Of a stretch of DNA of 64,000 bases, positions 39,701 to 54,140 are shown one piece after another. A program made the translations under genes and the position numbers. The DNA is from Octopus bimaculoides (lineage: Eukaryota). Where the stretch lies: the NCBI RefSeq assembly GCF_001194135.2, contig NC_068989.1, positions 76,968,482-77,032,481 on the forward strand, in the 5' to 3' direction. Under the pieces are notes generated by a model. The model worked only from the letters and a program-made list of their open reading frames with translations, had not been told where the DNA came from and searched no databases. Position 1 is the stretch's first letter, and each line of letters begins with the position of its first letter.

Positions 39701-40522
39701 TGATAAATGTCGTAAGGTATTTAACATTGCACTCTAAAATTTTGACTCAAATTACGCCTCTGGTGTTTTAGTGACATAAAATTTTACTAAATAACTTTGT
39801 AATTGTTACTGATATTCTAATTTCCTTTGTTATCTTGAAAATTGTATGAATCTTAAATAATCAAAGCAATTGTTATATAGAAAGAATTTCATGAATCGCG
39901 GATGATAATTAATTTTTTTTTTATTGTGGCCTTTATTGCAAATTTTGGTATTCTATTGAAAGGGTGTCTGTATGCTGTGCATTGAAGTAAATTATTATGC
40001 AAATCTCAAAGAAATCACCAAAAACATGACACATTAGATAATGTAGTTGGAAATAGCCTTAAAATAGACATTGATTAATATTGGAAATGTATTAAACATA
40101 AATATGGGAATAAACAGGAACATGAGTAGTGCGTTTTGTGTTTTAAGACGTAATAACGCGAAAACACTCTACAAATGAAATTTAAATGTGGATTCATTAT
40201 TCAGAATAAATCAGTTGTTATATCAGTAGGATTATATATAATATTCAGCGGGGATGATCGAAGCAAGAAAAGTACGTGCGTACACTACTGTGAAATTAAA
40301 CATAAGAGTCGTTTATAAAAACATATGTATAACACAAATTGATATTTGATATGGAAGATAAAGACAGACGTGATCCTGGAAAATATTCTTAATCCAAACG
40401 AACCTCAAATAATTTCAATTTGAAAACGACTAGTACTACATCATATATTTGGGTATATATACATATATACACATAAGCATACATAGGTACATATATACAC
40501 ACATGCATACACACACACATAA

Positions 40523-40569
<47 letters not shown>

Positions 40570-41442
40570 TGGAAACAAGACAAAGTAGAAAATACTAAAA
40601 TACTTTTATAGAAAACATTTCAGTACCGGTTTCCATCCTTGAGATATTTACAACAGTAAATAAGGATAATAAATTTGGGAAAAAATTTAATTAAAAGTCT
40701 TTTTTAAAACATATTTGTATAGTATTCAAACACCAGGGGCATTTTTCTTGTTTCTGTCTGTCTTTGTTTCACTTATTAACTAAATATATATATATAAATA
40801 TGTGAATGTGTGACTATTGCTTAAAGACGACCGTATTTCGTAACCGAGAGTGGCTTTGTTGCTTGTATTGTGACTTAATAATTGCTTTTAGTTATCCTAT
40901 TTCTTCGCCATCAGACATACATATAATCCCGTTCCCATCGGTCATGAAGAAGAGGAATATCTGAAATATAAAAACTGGATGGAAATAGGACTGCAATAGT
41001 CCCCAACTAAAACCAATAATATTGAATGCATTGATAAAGCACGAAACCATACGAGTTTATTAAGCCTCAAAACGTACCACCAGATTCAGCATTCAAACCC
41101 GTTATTTTACTACCATGATTCCAACCAATCTCCTAGAAGTTAAGCCACGACTCTTATACATGTGTGTTTGTTTGGGTATGGATGTGTGTGAGTATGTGTG
41201 TGTGTGTGTGTGCGTGTGCGAGCCTGTGTGAAAATAGAGATTTGATTAAAGTAGGTCCAGTAGGATACAAGGCATATCAAAGTGATGCACGCCACTATTG
41301 ATGACTCGACAAAATGACAGAAATCGGTCAGTAAAACAATAAGTTACTATATTACGGTATGTATTAACTCTACAGTATCAAATAGCCAATTCGTCAGCTT
41401 TTATGAGGTATATGAATATGTATACACACACATATGTATGCA

Positions 41443-41475
<33 letters not shown>

Positions 41476-41709
41476 CCATATATGCTTATATACATATGCC
41501 GATATACTTGTATACAAAAATAATACTGTAATCTGAATTTGTCTATCTCAAGCTTCTAGTACATCTTTTCCGGGGAGAATACCATCTGGATAATATTAAA
41601 CAGGGAAGCGATGCACAACAGTTTTTTCTTTTCTCATGAAAATCGGTGAATTTACTTAATGGAACACAAGCAAAGTAAACACCCAAGCACATACATATAA
41701 TCTATGCAC

Positions 41710-41722
41710 AAACACACACACA

Positions 41723-41759
<37 letters not shown>

Positions 41760-41791
41760 AGACACAGACACAGACACACACACACACACAC

Positions 41792-41838
<47 letters not shown>
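41710..41838. repeat. (CA)n microsatellite running into an N gap
   Basis: Direct reading. Confidence 0.97.
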
Positions 41839-42724
41839 NNNNNNNNNNNNNNNNNNNNNNNNNNNNNNNNNNNNNNNNNNNNNNNNNNNNNNNNNNNNNN
41901 NNNNNNNNNNNNNNNNNNNNNNNNNNNNNNNNNNNNNNNNNNNNNNNNNNNNNNNNNNNNNNNNNNNNNNNNNNNNNNNNNNNNNNNNNNNNNNNNNNNN
42001 NNNNNNNNNNNNNNNNNNNNNNNNNNNNNNNNNNNNNNNNNNNNNNNNNNNNNNNNNNNNNNNNNNNNNNNNNNNNNNNNNNNNNNNNNNNNNNNNNNNN
42101 NNNNNNNNNNNNNNNNNNNNNNNNNNNNNNNNNNNNNNNNNNNNNNNNNNNNNNNNNNNNNNNNNNNNNNNNNNNNNNNNNNNNNNNNNNNNNNNNNNNN
42201 NNNNNNNNNNNNNNNNNNNNNNNNNNNNNNNNNNNNNNNNNNNNNNNNNNNNNNNNNNNNNNNNNNNNNNNNNNNNNNNNNNNNNNNNNNNNNNNNNNNN
42301 NNNNNNNNNNNNNNNNNNNNNNNNNNNNNNNNNNNNNNNNNNNNNNNNNNNNNNNNNNNNNNNNNNNNNNNNNNNNNNNNNNNNNNNNNNNNNNNNNNNN
42401 NNNNNNNNNNNNNNNNNNNNNNNNNNNNNNNNNNNNNNNNNNNNNNNNNNNNNNNATACATATATATATATATATACACGTATATATGAATACATGTACT
42501 ATGAACCCACGCACACAGTTATATATTCACACATATATAAACAATATACTTGCGCATGCATGAGTTCATGTAACCATGAATATTTGCGTGAATATGGAGA
42601 GAAGAAACTATAAATTTCATTAACTTCCGCATTTACAAATACAATGAGACTTTTATGCACCTTTTAAATAATGCTATATATCGATTTCACAGTATATATG
42701 TCAGAGACAGGGTTTCAAAAGCCA

Positions 42725-42781
<57 letters not shown>

Positions 42782-44216
42782 ACATACACACACACACAAA
42801 CACACACGCACACATTATTGCATGCATATGTTATGTGTTGTATAATTGAAACACCATGTTTATGTAAATATGTCCATGTGTAAACTTTGTTAACGAGATT
42901 ATAACCTTCAAAATCATTTTGCAATATATCAATTTCGCAACCATTAGACAATAAGGCTGCATGGTGTTTCAATCAAATGGAATTGAAAATTTATTCATAA
43001 AAGACGTCTACAATGCAGTCTATACTTGATATGTTTAGAAAAAAAGTGTATTAGGTAAATGTGAAAAGAGAGATAGGAATGGAAAGGAATATCCTAATAA
43101 TAGCCGGTACAAATGTTCTTTTGTTTGTGTGATGGGGTGATAACTTCAGACAAAATACAAGAAAGGTACAGAAAAAGTTAATCTTAAATATTTAAATATA
43201 TATATATGTATATATATANNNNNNNNNNNNNNNNNNNNNNNNNNNNNNNNNNNNNNNNNNNNNNNNNNNNNNNNNNNNNNNNNNNNNNNNNNNNNNNNNN
43301 NNNNNNNNNNNNNNNNNNNNNNNNNNNNNNNNNNNNNNNNNNNNNNNNNNNNNNNNNNNNNNNNNNNNNNNNNNNNNNNNNNNNNNNNNNNNNNNNNNNN
43401 NNNNNNNNNNNNNNNNNNNNNNNNNNNNNNNNNNNNNNNNNNNNNNNNNNNNNNNNNNNNNNNNNNNNNNNNNNNNNNNNNNNNNNNNNNNNNNNNNNNN
43501 NNNNNNNNNNNNNNNNNNNNNNNNNNNNNNNNNNNNNNNNNNNNNNNNNNNNNNNNNNNNNNNNNNNNNNNNNNNNNNNNNNNNNNNNNNNNNNNNNNNN
43601 NNNNNNNNNNNNNNNNNNNNNNNNNNNNNNNNNNNNNNNNNNNNNNNNNNNNNNNNNNNNNNNNNNNNNNNNNNNNNNNNNNNNNNNNNNNNNNNNNNNN
43701 NNNNNNNNNNNNNNNNNNNNNNNNNNNNNNNNNNNNNNNNNNNNNNNNNNNNNNNNNNNNNNNNNNNNNNNNNNNNNNNNNNNNNNNNNNNNNNNNNNNN
43801 NNNNNNNNNNNNNNNNNNNNNNNNNNNNNNNNNNNNNNNNNNNNNNNNNNNNNNNNNNNNNNNNNNNNNNNNNNNNNNNNNNNNNNNNNNNNNNNNNNNN
43901 NNNNNNNNNNNNNNNNNNNNNNNNNNNNNNNNNNNNNNNNNNNNNNNNNNNNNNNNNNNNNNNNNNNNNNNNNNNNNNNNNNNNNNNNNNNNNNNNNNNN
44001 NNNNNNNNNNNNNNNNNNNNNNNNNNNNNNNNNNNNNNNNNNNNNNNNNNNNNNNNNNNNNNNNNNNNNNNNNNNNNNNNNNNNNNNNNNNNNNNNNNNN
44101 NNNNNNNNNNNNNNNNNNNNNNNNNNNNNNNNNNNNNNNNNNNNNNNNNNNNNNNNNNNNNNNNNNNNNNNNNNNNNNNNNNNNNNNNNNNNNNNNNNNN
44201 NNNNNNNNNNNNTATA

Positions 44217-44870
44217 GGGTGTGGGTGAGTAAATTACGCAAAAATAAAAATAGCTCTTGACATCTCAGTTTAACAGATATATTTACCAAAATTACATAAA
44301 AATATCTTGAAATATCAAAGAGTAAATTTATTCAATAAAATCTCCATTAGCTTCAACCACGGTCTCCAGACAACTGCAGAATCTCCTGCAAATTTTCTCG
44401 GTGGGGTTGCAGTCTGGGGAGTTAGGTGGCCATATTATAGATGTGAGGTGGTCGCAGAAATTGACTGACTGCCATCACTTGTCTCTTCTGCTTGTGTGAC
44501 AGACATAGGTTCATTTAGCAGCCAATCTCTTGATCTAAAGCAGTAGTATCTCCTTCAGGAACTTGTTGTAGACTTCCGTGCTGAGTCTGAGGCCGTGTAG
44601 GAAGATGAATGGAGGCATAACGCCGCCATCACTAATGATCACTCCTAAACACCATGATGTTGACTGCATGCTTGAGTTTGTATCATTCTCGGTACATGTC
44701 CTGAGATTGCACTGTCGTCATATCCACACACAGATATTCTGAAATATTCGTTTTGGAGCTTCCGGTGCAAATGCCAAGCAGTACAGCATACCGTTTCCAA
44801 ATTGCTGACACTGTGAGCCGCGTCATGGTGCTGTTTTTGTCACAGATGTTACTCAACTGACCCTACTATA
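44217..44870 (-). mobile_element. Internally deleted Tc1/mariner-superfamily element, probably DD37D (maT) type
   Basis: Minus translation gives KHAVNIMV..VIISDGGVMPPFIFLHGLRLSTEVY and IWPPNS, with stops and frameshifts. The subfamily is inferred from the WPPNS motif. Confidence 0.8.
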
Positions 44871-45199
44871 ATGTGTAGTCGACAAAATCAAAAATAAACA
44901 ATATGTAAAATTAAACATGTAGAATGGCTACGGTTTACCCATCGCACTCTTTATATATATAGTTAGAAACTACATATATCTAGAATATCGTAAAATATGT
45001 CCCAACACAGATAATTTTAAATATTGTAAAAAAAAATTACTTTTACTTGATGTTTAAAATAGACAGAAAATAAGGAAACTGCGCATAGTTTTTTCTTCAC
45101 TTGACAAGTGTATCTGGGTGCTAGGAGTTACGTTGTAGTCATAACGTTCATAATTAACCAATGGAAAATGCACAAAGTTATGTATATGCCTGATGAGCT

Positions 45200-45350
45200 T
45201 TTTTCCAGTTTTCATCTATCAATGTCGCTCATAAGATTTTGGTGTTCTTGGTGCTAGAGTAAAAGACACTCTATTCCGGTGTCACGTATTTAGACGAAAA
45301 TCTGAACCAAGTGACTGAGAAGCAAACTGTTTACTACTCACCCTCAAATT
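45200..45350 (-). mobile_element. tRNA-SINE family B head, degenerate
   Basis: cagttttcatctatc...ctagagtaaaagacact...ctgaacc parallels 49440-49590. Confidence 0.5.
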
Positions 45351-47040
45351 CTAGAAATGTCGTGCAGACAGTGCAAAAACTACGGGGATGGGGTGATCTT
45401 ATCTGCTATTTGTAAGTTCTCTGTATAGGAATCGAAGTTTATGCAAAATGTGAAGTTGATTAAATTCAACGTGAGTAAAGCGAATTTTCATCATTGTACG
45501 CAAAGTAGAAAATACTTTGTATCTAACGATTGTTTCCTTAAGTATTGGTTCTAACATCGCTAAATAACCTGGTGAAGTGGAATTCAATGGCAATCAACCG
45601 TACAAGATCACTGCAGTAAGCACACATCAGCAATAAAATTTTGATGTACAGCATCTAATTTACATTGTATCTACCTAAATTTACGCGACTAAACAAATAG
45701 AAAAGTATATACATTTCAAATATATATTATAACATTATATACTGAAAGGTTCATTTCTCTTTATGAAGATCATATTAAAAACTAAATTTGCAATGTGAGA
45801 TGAATTAAATTGTAAGCGCGAAAAGCCAAGCAATGCATTTAATGTAAATTTAGATAGGCTAACTAGCAGATCAGTTGACTGTTTAGTTTCTTTATCGTTA
45901 GAGTTTCTTCATTGGCCTAGATTTTCTGTGTTGTTATTGCATGGTTTGGTGATGGGGGTAATGTTTGTACAGGATGTAGTTCTTTTGTCTATCTCCGACA
46001 ATTATTCATGTCTGTGGAACGAAACGAGCAACAGAAAATCATTCAGGCAACAGTAAACCATAAAAACAACAGTAAATCATAAAATCGACAGTAAATCATG
46101 TATTTGTGATGGCTATTAGATGATACTGGGCATGCGGCTTTAAGCCATATTCTAGTTCTCATTTTCTTTCTTTTATCGAAGCTGTATTAATGCTATTAAG
46201 TGATGTGTTGTGATATCGTTCGACAAGCAACACTAGGATGGCTTATCTCTTTCACTATATTTGCTGCCAAGCATGGGTTGTTACCATGAACAGGGCAAAT
46301 AACAGTGTTAATTATGCGATACGATCTTAACCATTGAACAATCGAAACCGCAACACTGAATTCACTTGACTGCATACACCGACAAATGTATGAGAATGAA
46401 GTAACAATAATCAACGCATTGGCATATATTACCCATGTGCAACCGACATGTTCTCAAAATATATATATCTTTATCAGTTACCAATATCCATTGACGTTTT
46501 AACATTTGTTTTTATTACTTCAGCCATTGCTGCAGTACACAAAATAGACAAAAGCATTGTTTTGCTTATCTTACTCTGGCACATTTGGAAAAATCTTTTA
46601 CAGATATAAATAACTAGAAGCATTTTCACCGAAAATTTTTCTTATTTATTCCAGAATTATTTCATGTCAGCTTGCTAACTTGAAGGTGGAAATGTTCTTA
46701 TTAAAAACCAGGCATTAAAGTGACTACTAAAATGGAACTTCAATAAACAACTTTCCTGACTGCGCACACAAGTTTCGATTAATAGATAAATTTCTCTAAG
46801 TTTATTTCATTGAATTTCCTAAAACAGAGCAGGTGACTGGTTACTAATAACATGTAGTATTTGACAACTATTTTATGTTCGATACTAAAGCAAATTTTGA
46901 ATTCAAACGGTATCTTATGATTTCTGGGTTTTAATGAATGTGTTTCTTATTCGGCAATATATTTATTGGATTTTTCCCCTAAATGATTTCCGCGGTAGTT
47001 TATATTAAATATTCGATTCCGAAACTTTATATATATTTAC

Positions 47041-47240
47041 TACGGCACTCCGTGAGTTACGACGACGAGGGTTCCAATTGATCCAATCAACGGAACAGCC
47101 TGCTCGTGAAATTAACGTGCAAGTGGCTGAGCACTCCACAGACATGGAATCATTCAGGTTGACACAGAGTGTGATAAAGCTGGCCCTTTTGAAATACAGG
47201 TACAACAGCAACAGGAAGAAAGAGTGAGAGAATGTTGTGG
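47041..47240 (-). mobile_element. SINE-like repeat, family E
   Basis: ggcactcc...acgacgacgagggttcca...gcctgctcgtgaaattaacgtgcaagtggctgagcactcc. It shares a pyrimidine-rich block with 55862-56068. Confidence 0.7.
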
Positions 47241-47334
47241 TAAAAACGTAAAACTCTTTTCTGCTATAGCCCCGGGTTGACTAGAGTTTCGTGACAGTAG
47301 GGTAACGGGAACATGCATGAAATATATATATTAT

Positions 47335-47485
47335 CCGCGTAACTTTGCGGGTCGGTAAAAGAGACATATAAAATAAGTACTAGGCTTACAAAGAATATGT
47401 CCTGGGGTCGATTTGCTCGACTTAAGGCGGTGCTCCATCATGGCCGCAGTCAAATGACTGAAACAAGTAAAAGAGTAAAAGAGTA
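47335..47485 (+). mobile_element. tRNA-SINE family B, 3' half
   Basis: Close match to 28680-28830, ending aagtaaaagagtaaaagagta. Confidence 0.9.
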
Positions 47486-48388
47486 TGTGTGAATATATAC
47501 ATATGAGTGTGAACATATATGAGTGTGTGTGTATGCTAATATGTGTACACCTGTATGTTTTGGGGTGCGTGTACGCGCATGTGTATATAAAAATAAATGT
47601 ATCGATGTAGGTGTGTACATGTATGTATATGTATGTGTAAATATGTACCTCTGTACATGTGTATTTATATGCAAATATGTATGAGAGAATGTATGTATGT
47701 ATGTATGTGGGTATGTATATATATATAGGCGAAGTGCCGTGTGATTAACCTTCAGTGATCTAGATGTGGAGCAAGTCAGTCTGCGTCCTACCCTTGTCTC
47801 GCGGTAACGTTGATGTCAGGCATTTGGTAGCACTATCTTCCAACCATGTATTATACGAACTACGACCGGTATTGACCATATGGATGTGTGGTCCTACGAC
47901 CGTTGTATGAGTGTATGTGTATGTACGAGCGTGTGCGTGTAAACAACAACCTCCCGCCCCTAGACATTCTCGCCTGCAAATCTTTCCTTTTCTTTTTTCA
48001 AGTACCATTCCTTTGTCTTAAACCCAATGTAACTCGCTCCATCCTTGTCCTTCCACTGACTTCATCTACAAAATTTGTCTTTTTATCAACGGTTATTTGC
48101 CTGTATTTACAAATGTTTGCAATTCTTAGAGAAAGATAATAGTTTATTGAAAACTGTAGCAATGATTCATTCTCTAACCAGATGAGCATATGAAAACATG
48201 ACAGCCAAAACTCAGGATCCTTAGCGAGATAACTTTGTGGATAGATGAACTGATGAGACCCAGACAGCAAAATGGATGCATCACAACATGTACGGAGTTC
48301 CACATATAAGGGACATTAGCAGGATGGGCGAAACGACCGTAGTACAAAATAAATATTAATACCAAATCCATGTTCTGATTACTTAAGA

Positions 48389-48532
<144 letters not shown>

Positions 48533-49024
48533 GTGCATACATACCCACATATAAAAAATATGTACATATACATAAACACACATGAGCCTATGAAATCCCT
48601 AGCATACTCATGCGTTACCAGACGGTGACAACTCACATCATTTAAAAACGAATTTAATCGGCTTAAAACTCACCGAAGGGCTGAAAAATGGCTTCATCGG
48701 AACAAAAGAGCGGAAAAAAAGATATAAAAGCGCTACAACAATGGAATCTACACATTGCAAATCTAAACGAAAAATAACACTATCTCAAAAGTAAACCAAT
48801 AAAGATTAATTTGCTAATTGCAAATGTAAGGTATTGACATAAACTCCATATCATAAATAGTGAACAATGAGACATACATACAGTGTATGGAATTTTCAAG
48901 CGCCCTCTCCTGCATCTTATATCACGAGGCAAACGGAATCATTCCAAATTTTGCTTCAATAACTTAGTCATATTCCACTATATATTTTCTGACAGTTAGT
49001 GCATACAGCATATAATTTTACACG

Positions 49025-49059
<35 letters not shown>

Positions 49060-49061
49060 CC

Positions 49062-49096
<35 letters not shown>

Positions 49097-49427
49097 CACA
49101 CGCACACACACATACACACACACGTAAAGCTACAAACATACATACACAAACGCACACTATTATAGATGAACATATATGAATATCTGTATGCATTCATACT
49201 CACATATTCGTGTGTATATCTTTTATCTTTTCCTTGTTTCATTCACTTCACTGCGCCCTCAGATGGCATTAACCAAAGATAATCGCTTTCAGGAATTACT
49301 GTTTTGTAAAGCATTATGCATAATCTATCGGGGAAATAAACGCACCAGCACCGGTTATGAAGCAGTGGTGCTGGACCTACACAGATAGAAAGACAAGCAA
49401 ATAGATGTATACATACATGCATATATA

Positions 49428-49592
49428 CATGACGGGCTTGTTTCTGTTTCCGTCCACAAAATCCACTCACAAAGCTTTGGTCGACCCGAGGATATAGTAG
49501 AAGACACTAGCCCAAGGTGCCATGGAGTGAGACTGAACCCGGAACCATGAGGTCGTGAAGCAAACATCTTACCACATAGTCACGCCTGCCCC
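49428..49592 (-). mobile_element. tRNA-SINE family B, 5' half
   Basis: gacgggcttg...aaatccactcac...tagtagaagacact...gactgaacccggaaccat...cttaccaca. Confidence 0.9.
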
Positions 49593-49754
49593 TATGTGTG
49601 TGTCTGTATATATATATATACATGCACACACATGTATGTATGTATGTGTGTGTGTGTGTGTACAACATTGCATACATGAATATGAAGATACTTATATAAA
49701 GTGGTGTAAATATATATAAGCATGTATGCGCGTGTATATCACACACGCGCCCGT

Positions 49755-49800
<46 letters not shown>

Positions 49801-50076
49801 AATCGGTCAATATATGAGACATCTTATATTTACATAGCTTTTAAAATTCAGAGAGGAATTCCAAAAATTCAAAATGACAGACTAATTTACGAGTTAGCTT
49901 ACAAAACAGTCGTTGATAATATATCTACTTCTACTGTTGCATACCCAATAAGCACCTGCACCAACATATAAAGGGAGATGGAGAGGATTTACCGCAGAAA
50001 CAGATAAAAGCACATTTATACATACACGTATATATATTTCAGGCATATGTACACATACACACACAAACACATATTG

Positions 50077-50107
<31 letters not shown>

Positions 50108-51440
50108 NNNNNNNNNNNNNNNNNNNNNNNNNNNNNNNNNNNNNNNNNNNNNNNNNNNNNNNNNNNNNNNNNNNNNNNNNNNNNNNNNNNNNNNNNNNNN
50201 NNNNNNNNNNNNNNNNNNNNNNNNNNNNNNNNNNNNNNNNNNNNNNNNNNNNNNNNNNNNNNNNNNNNNNNNNNNNNNNNNNNNNNNNNNNNNNNNNNNN
50301 NNNNNNNNNNNNNNNNNNNNNNNNNNNNNNNNNNNNNNNNNNNNNNNNNNNNNNNNNNNNNNNNNNNNNNNNNNNNNNNNNNNNNNNNNNNNNNNNNNNN
50401 NNNNNNNNNNNNNNNNNNNNNNNNNNNNNNNNNNNNNNNNNNNNNNNNNNNNNNNNNNNNNNNNNNNNNNNNNNNNNNNNNNNNNNNNNNNNNNNNNNNN
50501 NNNNNNNNNNNNNNNNNNNNNNNNNNNNNNNNNNNNNNNNNNNNNNNNNNNNNNNNNNNNNNNNNNNNNNNNNNNNNNNNNNNNNNNNNNNNNNNNNNNN
50601 NNNNNNNNNNNNNNNNNNNNNNNNNNNNNNNNNNNNNNNNNNNNNNNNNNNNNNNNNNNNNNNNNNNNNNNNNNNNNNNNNNNNNNNNNNNNNNNNNNNN
50701 NNNNNNNNNNNNNNNNNNNNNNNNNNNNNNNNNNNNNNNNNNNNNNNNNNNNNNNNNNNNNNNNNNNNNNNNNNNNNNNNNNNNNNNNNNNNNNNNNNNN
50801 NNNNNNNNNNNNNNNNNNNNNNNNNNNNNNNNNNNNNNNNNNNNNNNNNNNNNNNNNNNNNNNNNNNNNNNNNNNNNNNNNNNNNNNNNNNNNNNNNNNN
50901 NNNNNNNNNNNNNNNNNNNNNNNNNNNNNNNNNNNNNNNNNNNNNNNNNNNNNNNNNNNNNNNNNNNNNNNNNNNNNNNNNNNNNNNNNNNNNNNNNNNN
51001 NNNNNNNNNNNNNNTATATATATGCATGTGTGTGTATGAATGTATGTTGATTTTCGTGTGCAGGCGTATGCGCGTGTGTGTATGTGTCTGTGTATGTGTA
51101 CCTGTGCGTTTGTGTGTGTGTATATATGTGTGTGTGTTTGTTTGTGTGAGTGTGTGTGTATGTGTGCGTGTGTGTGTGTGTGTGCATATCTGGCTTTCAA
51201 ATTCGAAACTTCCACCATCTCGGATCCATAATATTTTCAAACATATTTCAGAGTACCTTTTAGCAAGTATTCACATGTGAAATTTTATTTACTTAACTTT
51301 GAAAAAGTTCTAAGATCTTTTCTTTTATTTCTCGTACATTTTTAAATATTCGATTTCCAATTCCACTCACCAGCACATCTGCACGCATAACGTCTTTTAA
51401 ATAATATGTGCACTGTCTTAATTCTTTCCATCATATATAA

Positions 51441-51502
<62 letters not shown>

Positions 51503-52231
51503 CTGCATGAGCATACACGTTTGCGTGAGCTGAAGTACACACACACATATTCGTGGAGTTTGTACTAGAGACCATAAGGTTATTCAGTTCAAAATACATG
51601 AAAGTGTTTTATAATAGAGGTTCTCAAATATAACTGCCATATACGGTCAGAATCGTCCGTGTTAAAAATTTCCTTACGGCGTATGAATTAAATAGATGCT
51701 CTTTCGAGCTTAAATTAATATATCAAAAGTTGATATTTCCTAAAATTTGGATCAAAGTATCTATAATGCCAACGCAATATAATTTCCTATCCTTTACGTA
51801 AAATACATGTTTATATGCATATATACACATAGATGTCGCAGGCGCATGGCATATATGTTATAGATATTAAGGAGTGTTTCTCCACGTATATATGTATGTT
51901 TGTCTATGTAAATATATATATATATATATANNNNNNNNNNNNNNNNNNNNNNNNNNNNNNNNNNNNNNNNNNNNNNNNNNNNNNNNNNNNNNNNNNNNNN
52001 NNNNNNNTCTTTCGAATGTACTTTTTATAAAATTTCTGTAGTCGTTATTTTGAACAGCAATAGTGGTAAAGTTAAGAAGGAGGTGGCGGAGAAGAAGACG
52101 AAGTAGAAGAAGGAGAAGGAGAAAGAGAAGGGAGAATTATAAAGGAATGCAGGAGGTATGATAGTAGTAGGATGTTAAATGGTCAAGTGAACTAAAAGTG
52201 GTTCGTTATGGATTATAGTAGTGGATTGTAT

Positions 52232-53125
52232 TTATTGATTATAGCAGCGACTGTTTTTTAATGAATTCTTGGGAATGTCTTGAGGAGGGGGGGGGTCTGT
52301 ATTTTGTAATAGAGACAGTCTCTTTACTAATTCGTTGGTTACAGGTTGCATCGACCCTGAATTGATAGAGGGGAAAATTCTGAAGCTTGGATTTTTGTTA
52401 TTGGCGCAAATGTTATTGTGTTGGCTGAATGCTATTTTCTCTGTTTTGGGGAATTTTGATCTGGGATTTGTGTAGAGCCATCCTTTTATGTAGACTGTTT
52501 TTTGGTTGGCCTTTGTATTGCACTTGAGAGCCACAGCAGGTTAATGCGTATATCAGGTTGTTGTTGAGCGTATTCGGGCTTATGTTAGGAGATTTTCATA
52601 GATATGGGTTGTCTCTTGCTTTTTATGATGGTGTGTGTTTGTAGGATTAAGTTCATTCTGTGATCCTTTTATAGCAGGGGAATGTTTTGAAGTATTGTGC
52701 TGAAGGCTTCAGTGTTATGATGGTTGTGTATGGAGATGTATAGTAGGTCTTTTGGTTGTAAATCTTTCTTCAATTTGGGATGTCTGTGTTCATGGATGTT
52801 GAGTTGAAGTGAACGTTGAAGGCATATGTCAATTAGTGAAAGTGGGTAGTTCCTGGTGATGAGTGTATCCTGTAGTTCATGTAGTCGTGTATCTCTGAAG
52901 TTTGCATTAGAAACTATAGAACATATCCTTTTTGCTAGGGATATTCATTCTTATGTGTCTGGGGTGGCAAGAGTTGAACGGTAGATAATGCTTGGAGTCC
53001 TTGGGCTTAAAGTATATATCTGTCTCTATTATGTTGTTACATTTCTTAATGAGGATGTCGTGGAATGGAAGTTGTTGATGGCTATATTCCATTGTGAATC
53101 GAATGTTTAGGTCAAGTCCATTTAT
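52232..53125 (-). mobile_element. Penelope-like element fragment: RT C-terminus plus GIY-YIG endonuclease, decayed
   Basis: FTMEYSHQQLPFHDILI...IETDIYFKPKDSKHYLPFNSCHPRHIRMNIP (PLE RT thumb region), then NLIYALTCCGSQVQYKGQ...LHKRMALH (GIY-YIG), with stops and frameshifts. Confidence 0.9.
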
Positions 53126-53252
53126 AAGTGTTTGGAATTCTTTTTCTAAAAAAGTGAAACCGGTCTATTCAATAAACATATCTAAAAGTCCATTGTATTT
53201 CCAAATCCTCTGTCATACATACATACGTACATACATATATATACATATATAT

Positions 53253-53893
53253 ATATATATATGCATAGATATATATATAAATATATGTATATATTTATAT
53301 ATATGCACATACACACACGCGTACACACATAAAGCCACACACGTATATTATTTAATACATTATTACGTTAATGAAAATATTCAAAGCGTGTAATTAAACA
53401 TAATACGTATTAGTTAAAAACCACACATAACTCTGCACTAGAAAGTCGTTATTTNNNNNNNNNNNNNNNNNNNNNNNNNNNNNNNNNNNNNNNNNNNNNN
53501 NNNNNNNNNNNNNNNNNNNNNNNNNNNNNNNNNNNNNNNNNNNNNNNNNNNNNNNNNNNNNNNNNNNNNNNNNNNNNNNNNNNNNNNNNNNNNNNNNNNN
53601 NNNNNNNNNNNNNNNNNNNNNNNNNNNNNNNNNNNNNNNNNNNNNNNNNNNNNNNNNNNNNNNNNNNNNNNNNNNNNNNNNNNNNNNNNNNNNNNNNNNN
53701 NNNNNNNNNNNNNNNNNNNNNNNNNNNNNNNNNNNNNNNNNNNNNNNNNNNNNNNNNNNNNNNNNNNNNNNNNNNNNNNNNNNNNNNNNNNNNNNNNNNN
53801 NNNNNNNNNNNNNNNNNNNNNNNNNNNNNNNNNNNNNNNNNNNNNNNNNNNNNNNNNNNNNNNNNNNNNNNNNNNNNNNNNNNNNNNNNNNNN

Positions 53894-53928
<35 letters not shown>

Positions 53929-54140
53929 TCATATATATATATATATATGCATAGATATATATATAAATATATGTATATATTTATATATATGCACATACAC
54001 ACACGCGTACACACATAAAGCCACACACGTATATTATTTAATACATTATTACGTTAATGAAAATATTCAAAGCGTGTAATTAAACATAATACGTATTAGT
54101 TAAAAACCACACATAACTCTGCACTAGAAAGTCGTTATTT
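53253..54140. other. Identical ~200-bp sequence on both sides of an N gap (probable assembly duplication)
   Basis: 53253-53454 is repeated at ~53941-54140. Confidence 0.85.

Noticed and set aside
40621-40657. GAAACCGGUA with a palindromic stem on the minus strand
   Set aside because: The CUGANGA core is absent and stem I does not pair. At most it is a decayed Penelope-type tail.
49894-51280. Long ORFs in the supplied track (300-450 aa here, and similarly at 41656-44289 and 54776-56041)
   Set aside because: They consist of N runs plus (CA)/(TA) microsatellite translations and are not genes.
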